Shown piece after piece: positions 59,601-64,000 of a stretch of 64,000 bases of DNA. Location: positions 53,506,001 through 53,570,000 of the forward strand of contig NW_026262745.1 of assembly GCF_021869535.1 (NCBI RefSeq), written 5' to 3'. Below the pieces are notes generated by a model, which saw only the letters and a list, made by a program, of their open reading frames with translations, was not told the DNA's origin and ran no database searches. Each line of letters begins with the position of its first letter. Positions within the stretch are counted from its first letter, which is position 1. Source of the DNA: Mytilus californianus (lineage: Eukaryota). The position numbers were made by a program, and so were the translations under genes.

Positions 59601-62600
59601 AAAAGCAGTAAGCGAGAAGCCCGATTGTTAGAGATTCTTAAACATAAATATCTTTTTCAACAAAATGTCTATCTACATTATGTAAGCATCTCGTCCATGA
59701 CGGATGATAACATTAATCTTCCTTCCAAAGCAGTAATTTTGGTGTTAGTTTCCAAACAAGTTATTTTCTTCAATTGTATTCAAAACATCATTTATTTATA
59801 TTGTCTCGCAAAATTGGCGACTAAATCACATGCTACGCGGTAAGTCTACATTTTTTCTCCTGATCACGTAGTAGATTGTTGTGCAAAGTACTTTTCCACA
59901 TGCTACTTTTCGACTTATATTATCAAAGTCCCATAAAAATGTGACCTTCCTCAAACATATCAACAAATTTGCCTGATAAACGTTGTTGGTCAGACGTGCA
60001 TCAAAATACTTCAGGTGAAATCATTTTCAAAGCAATTTGTATCGTTTGTGGCAGAAACTTCGGCGAAATATTGCAAATATTATCTTTACCGATATGATCT
60101 TGCGCTTTAGCCATACATGCAATTTATTCTAATCAGTATTGCTGAACATATTCACATTTAAATTGTTGTTCACCACACTTTTTTTAATTGATTTGAAATT
60201 TTGCTAAAATACTGCACTGAAATACTGAACAAATGTAATGCAGAAAACAAAACAAAAAACGAAATATCAACAGATCATCAAAGTGTTTTTCGACCTGCAA
60301 ATTGTCTGACGAAGGTTAAAGGTTATGTTCACCTTTTGTAAATGCTACATATTATATTGACTCTTCTTCATCACTCTGCTGGGACAGTTTTTGTGTAAGG
60401 ATCACAACACTGATGACGAAGTCCACATAATTGGAACATGACGAAGCGTGAAAAAAACTGGGATATGTAAACAACTTTGGCACAACTGTTCGGAAATTTC
60501 GGGTGTATTAATACTCTTCGACTTCGTGTTTGATTTTGCCTTCCAACTGTTTTGATTAATGAGCCACACATTAGTCTTATGTAGACTAACAACATGTCTG
60601 GCATTCACAGTTATCGGCCTGGTATATTTGATGAGTTGGGAGCCTCGGTTCCCGAGTGATCTAAGTAGTCCAACTACTGTATCACTAGCCAGTCAACATT
60701 GAGGTTGTGAGTTCCAATTCCGCACGGGGAAGGTGCACTCGACACCAATCTTAATTGACTAGGATCGTCAATTTTCCTACCGGGGGTCGGTGGTTCTGTC
60801 TGGGCACTACGGCTTCCTCTACCAATAAAAACTGACCGCCGCGAAATAGCACAATAGTGTTGAAAGTGGCGTTAAACACCAATCAATCAATCTTTGATGA
60901 GTTTATATGACGGATCAGAGTGTATGTTACTGCTGAACACTGGGACGCTGACATTTGGATAGTTGAAATCAAAACGTTTGCCATAGATTCTAGTTTGCAA
61001 AAAACAAGTCCTTTTGTTATAGCAGTTTATTAATAAAAATACCTAAAAGTCATGTAGTGGCAACACAGTGCTTCAAATCAATTATGTGTCAATATCTATG
61101 CTCTGTGTCGTCCTAGAGTGTACACAGTCACATGATAACTATTTAAACAAGAAATGTAAAACATCTGTGATTACTTTCAATTTCTTTCAATTTTTCCGAA
61201 TAACAAAGGATTTGTGTATGATGCAAGAATATCACTGACGTTGAACTGACTTGCACATATGTCAATAGCAAGTAGTGATTCGTAATACCAACCGTTTCAT
61301 TTTATTCGTGCTCGTGTTTATAATCCTAAATTGGGATAGTTTGGCTGTACTAGATGTTATTTGTTGCTATAAATGATGGAGTTGTTATTTTGAAGATAAG
61401 AATTCTAAACCTAAAAGAAAACAGCAAGATATTTGATTTAAACTATATAATAATAAACTATAAACTTATCATAGAAAACCAAATGAATCAATGATTTGAA
61501 TAAATTATGATATGCCTACTTGAAATACAGTAAAGAAACAAAATGTGTCAAACTTAAATTTAATCACTGTGTTTTTGTTGTTGTTGTTGTTGTTGTAAAA
61601 AAAGATTAAAATATCCCAACTTTAATCATATCATTTTGTTTAAATTTTCTTTAAACTACGTTGTACTACACAAATAGCAATATTTTTGACACAACTAATG
61701 TAGAAACAGTACTTAAGCTCAGAACAACCAGATATCATATTTTGCGACAATGTAAGTGTATTGTTTATTTATCATTTCAAAAAGGTCAACAAAAATATCG
61801 AACCCCAAGACAAATTCAAAAAAGGGAAGTCCATACAAACTGACATAAATTACACACTATCAATTAACGGAACAAGTAAAAAAACAACTGCCACACTCCT
61901 GTCTTGGTACAGGATTTTCCTAAGACAATGGAGAATTGTACCTGGTTTTATGGCAAGCTTAACCTCCCACTTGTATCAAAGTGGTTTATAGTTTCGTTTT
62001 AATGACAAATTTAGTGAGCAACTCAAACAGACATAATAGGTTAATGTGACAATAATTGGGATCCAGTAGCCAAAACTGTGTAAACATACATGACGGACCT
62101 ACAACAGAACTGACATTAAAATTCAAACAAACATACAAATCAAACCAACGTTTTTTTCCCCATGTTCTCGTTGCGGTAATATCGTAGCCTTAATGAATTG
62201 CTACGACCTTGCACAATGGCAAAGTCGTACATTTCATCTTTTATTGTTTGTTTATTTGTAAATACATAACTCATATTGTGTCATCTGAATAGCACCATGT
62301 GTTCCAACAAATTGCCCGGATGGATATGTGTTATTAAATGACCAAACTGTTAGTCCTAATTGTTACCTCTACAGTGGAACATCTAAGGGAAAGTGGTATT
62401 ATGCAAGAGTGAGTATGTTTGATACTGTATCAGATTCAATTACGTTGCCAAAACTGTGAAAGACTTTGCCATTCTTCACAACTTCACAATGACGCAATGA
62501 TCATGTTTGCCATTTATCGAATATGACTGTTTTGCTACGGCTGGAAAGCAAAAAATGATTGCATTGCATTATGAATGTGGAACTTAAGGATGTTCGCCCA

Positions 62601-63485
62601 TCTTGTTTTTGAATATTTTGCCAGGTATTCGGAATCCTCTGGTTTTATCCATGTAGTGCCATTAAGAATATTTCCCCACTTACCCCTACTTTTCTTTTCA
62701 TAATTTTATTACATATAGTTTAAAAACCTATATTTTAAAATCCTATAAAATCCTTGTTATTTTTTCATGTTTTTTTCAAAGAAAAAAGGTGCTAATGTTA
62801 AATGTATAAAAAGTCTAAAGAGAATTATTTCCCGTTAAATTTTCAATGGCTTATATCTCGAAAAAAAGCACACGGACCCTTCATTTTTTTCTGCTTTTTT
62901 AGTTCCTTTATTTTTATACTATCAATTTATAACAGTCTTTTAAAAAGCTTGTTATTTTGAAACAGAATAGCGAACATCTTTAAATATATCTCTTGATATT
63001 TGATGATTTCAACAAAAACGTCTTGTTCATGCGAAATATTTGTAAAATAAACGTTTTGAGGTGAATTTTTTTACTCATAGTACTCTTTCTCTGGACTTAT
63101 TTGTTTTGCAAACATCTGTACTGAACATGATGTTTTTCATTCAAATTATGTACCTTGAAAATTAATGAAATAATATGTATCCATTAATAATCGCTTCCAT
63201 TTGAAAATAATTTCATATTTGTAAACATTTTCAATTAACCATACATAGCAATATTCACAGAACCGATTATTTAAAACATATGTAATAATTGATCATGCTT
63301 TATCGAAGTAAAGGCATATAATAAATGTATCATATGTTGTATTATATAGAAAAATGCTATAAATTTAGATACTGCATCTGTGCCTTGTTTTAAATTTTAG
63401 AAGCAATGTACTAGGAAAGGTGCCTACCTATGGAGGCCAAATAGTGTATCAGAAGCTAATGCTGTCAAGGATAATTTTGAATTCG
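56673..63485 (+). CDS. C-type lectin gene 3, 5' part: join(56673..56690,58448..58616,59276..59449,62293..62408,63401..63485); exons 6-8 lie beyond the window
   Basis: Exon-by-exon paralogue of gene 2 with identical phases: MVKFYQ|LSMVVLTVVFISQSTCVAQIFPGQIPGQ...GGTT|VDGTGISTGSALQTALQLFPIALLTLAVPMMEMARTITS...TQT|TPCVPTNCPDGYVLLNDQTVSPNCYLYSGTSKGKWYYAR|KQCTRKGAYLWRPNSVSEANAVKDNFEF. Confidence 0.88.
57371..57645 (-). mobile_element. Tandem dimer of a short tRNA-derived SINE-like unit
   Basis: The minus strand has an A-box-like AGTGGTCTAGG and a B-box GGTTCGAA. Each unit has an AAATTTGC-N4-GCAAATTT hairpin, and a (TA)n tract lies between the units. Confidence 0.65.
58333..58378 (+). ncRNA. Mutated minimal hammerhead (second family) in intron 1 of gene 3
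   Basis: GAGUGUUC-CUGAUGA-AGU(UAAAU)CCA-GAGA(for GAAA)-AGCGCG-UC-UGACGC. Related remnants lie at about 9641-9670 and 45518-45560. Confidence 0.6.
58448..58616 (+). CDS. Lectin gene 3, exon 2
   Basis: taacag|CTA...ACAG|gtaac; paralogous to 34480-34663. Confidence 0.85.
59276..59449 (+). CDS. Lectin gene 3, exon 3
   Basis: ctctag|TT...ACAA|gtaagt; 174 nt, same length as in gene 2. Confidence 0.87.
60638..60892 (+). mobile_element. tRNA-derived SINE with Deu/Nin-like core, (AATC)n tail and 11-13-bp TSD
   Basis: TSD TTTGATGAGTT at 60627-60637 and 60893-60903. A/B-box-like head and core GGTCGGTGGTT..CTGGGCACT.CGGCTTCCTC. The empty site is present in gene 2 at 39601. Confidence 0.88.
62293..62408 (+). 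CDS. Lectin gene 3, exon 4
   Basis: gaatag|CA...AGA|gtgagt; 116 nt, same length as in gene 2. Confidence 0.9.
62588..62979. mobile_element. Kolobok-like MITE (392 bp, TTAA TSD) in intron 4 of gene 3
   Basis: TTAA|GGATGTTCGC...GCGAACATCT|TTAA; absent at the homologous position in gene 2 (about 42310). Confidence 0.85.
63401..63485 (+). CDS. Lectin gene 3, exon 5
   Basis: ttttag|AAG...TTCG|gtaag; 85 nt, same length as in gene 2. Confidence 0.9.
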
Positions 63486-64000
63486 GTAAGTTATGAAAAA
63501 AGTAGTAATTATTATTATTATTTTTAGAAAAAAAAACAATAGCGACTGTTCATTTACAAACATCTCCATTTACTTGGTCTCAGTAAATAGGAAAAAAGAA
63601 ATCCTGTACGAGTTATAAAGTTCTATCAGTTAAATAACATGTATCAAGATACACAAATGATTATTTTCGATTGTACTGCCATGCTATTACTTAACAAACG
63701 GAGAGATCAAGGACTTCCGACTAAGAGAGCTCTTAAAGATTTCTTCTTTACAAAAAGTGGAAATGTGCTGCCACTTCTGATATATACTGTTTTCCAAAGC
63801 CTCTAAGCTTAGTGTTCAGGGCTTTTATCCTCAAATCGATGGTATTTAATCACCAGACAAGAGCTAAGAGATGCAATATATCTGTGACGTATCAAAAATC
63901 TTGCATAACAAATAGTAGATTATCAAAGGAGTAGGGGCCTTTAGGCCCGGTTTTGGCCCAAGAAATCTCAGTTTTTGAAAAGTATTTCAAACTCGCACTT

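Noticed and set aside
60638-60730. tRNA-like A/B boxes (also 57420-57505)
   Set aside because: No complete cloverleaf; they are SINE heads with a repeat body and, at 60638, a TSD

Overview
This is AT-rich eukaryotic DNA. The repeat families look like those of a bivalve mollusc, probably a mytilid mussel (inference from recalled repeat sequences, not from a search). There are no prokaryotic features, CRISPR arrays or true rRNA/tRNA genes. The window holds a tandem array of three paralogous + strand spliced C-type lectin (CTLD) genes, found by hand from GT-AG sites and consistent intron phases. Gene 1 shows its last four exons (1746-14942). Gene 2 is complete with eight exons (32717-50806, about 278 aa). 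Gene 3 shows its first five exons (56673-63485) and runs off the window. The proteins share one layout: signal peptide, Q/I/P-rich segment, Pro/Met-rich hydrophobic segment, Thr-rich stalk, then an 8-Cys CTLD with no EPN/QPD motif. Between genes 1 and 2 lies a full-length but decayed 6.0-kb DIRS1-type tyrosine-recombinase retrotransposon (16664-22664). It keeps gag, RT/RNase H/methyltransferase, the recombinase, the ICR circle junction and ATT ends, and one of its ITRs is oddly split. Just past it is a candidate small Cys-rich secreted-peptide (pseudo)gene. Introns and spacers contain TTAA-flanked Kolobok-like elements, Helentron-type HINEs, tRNA-derived SINEs, Penelope-like RT remnants and minimal hammerhead ribozymes. 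One hammerhead is near-intact and antisense; every copy lying sense within a lectin intron has a damaged core.
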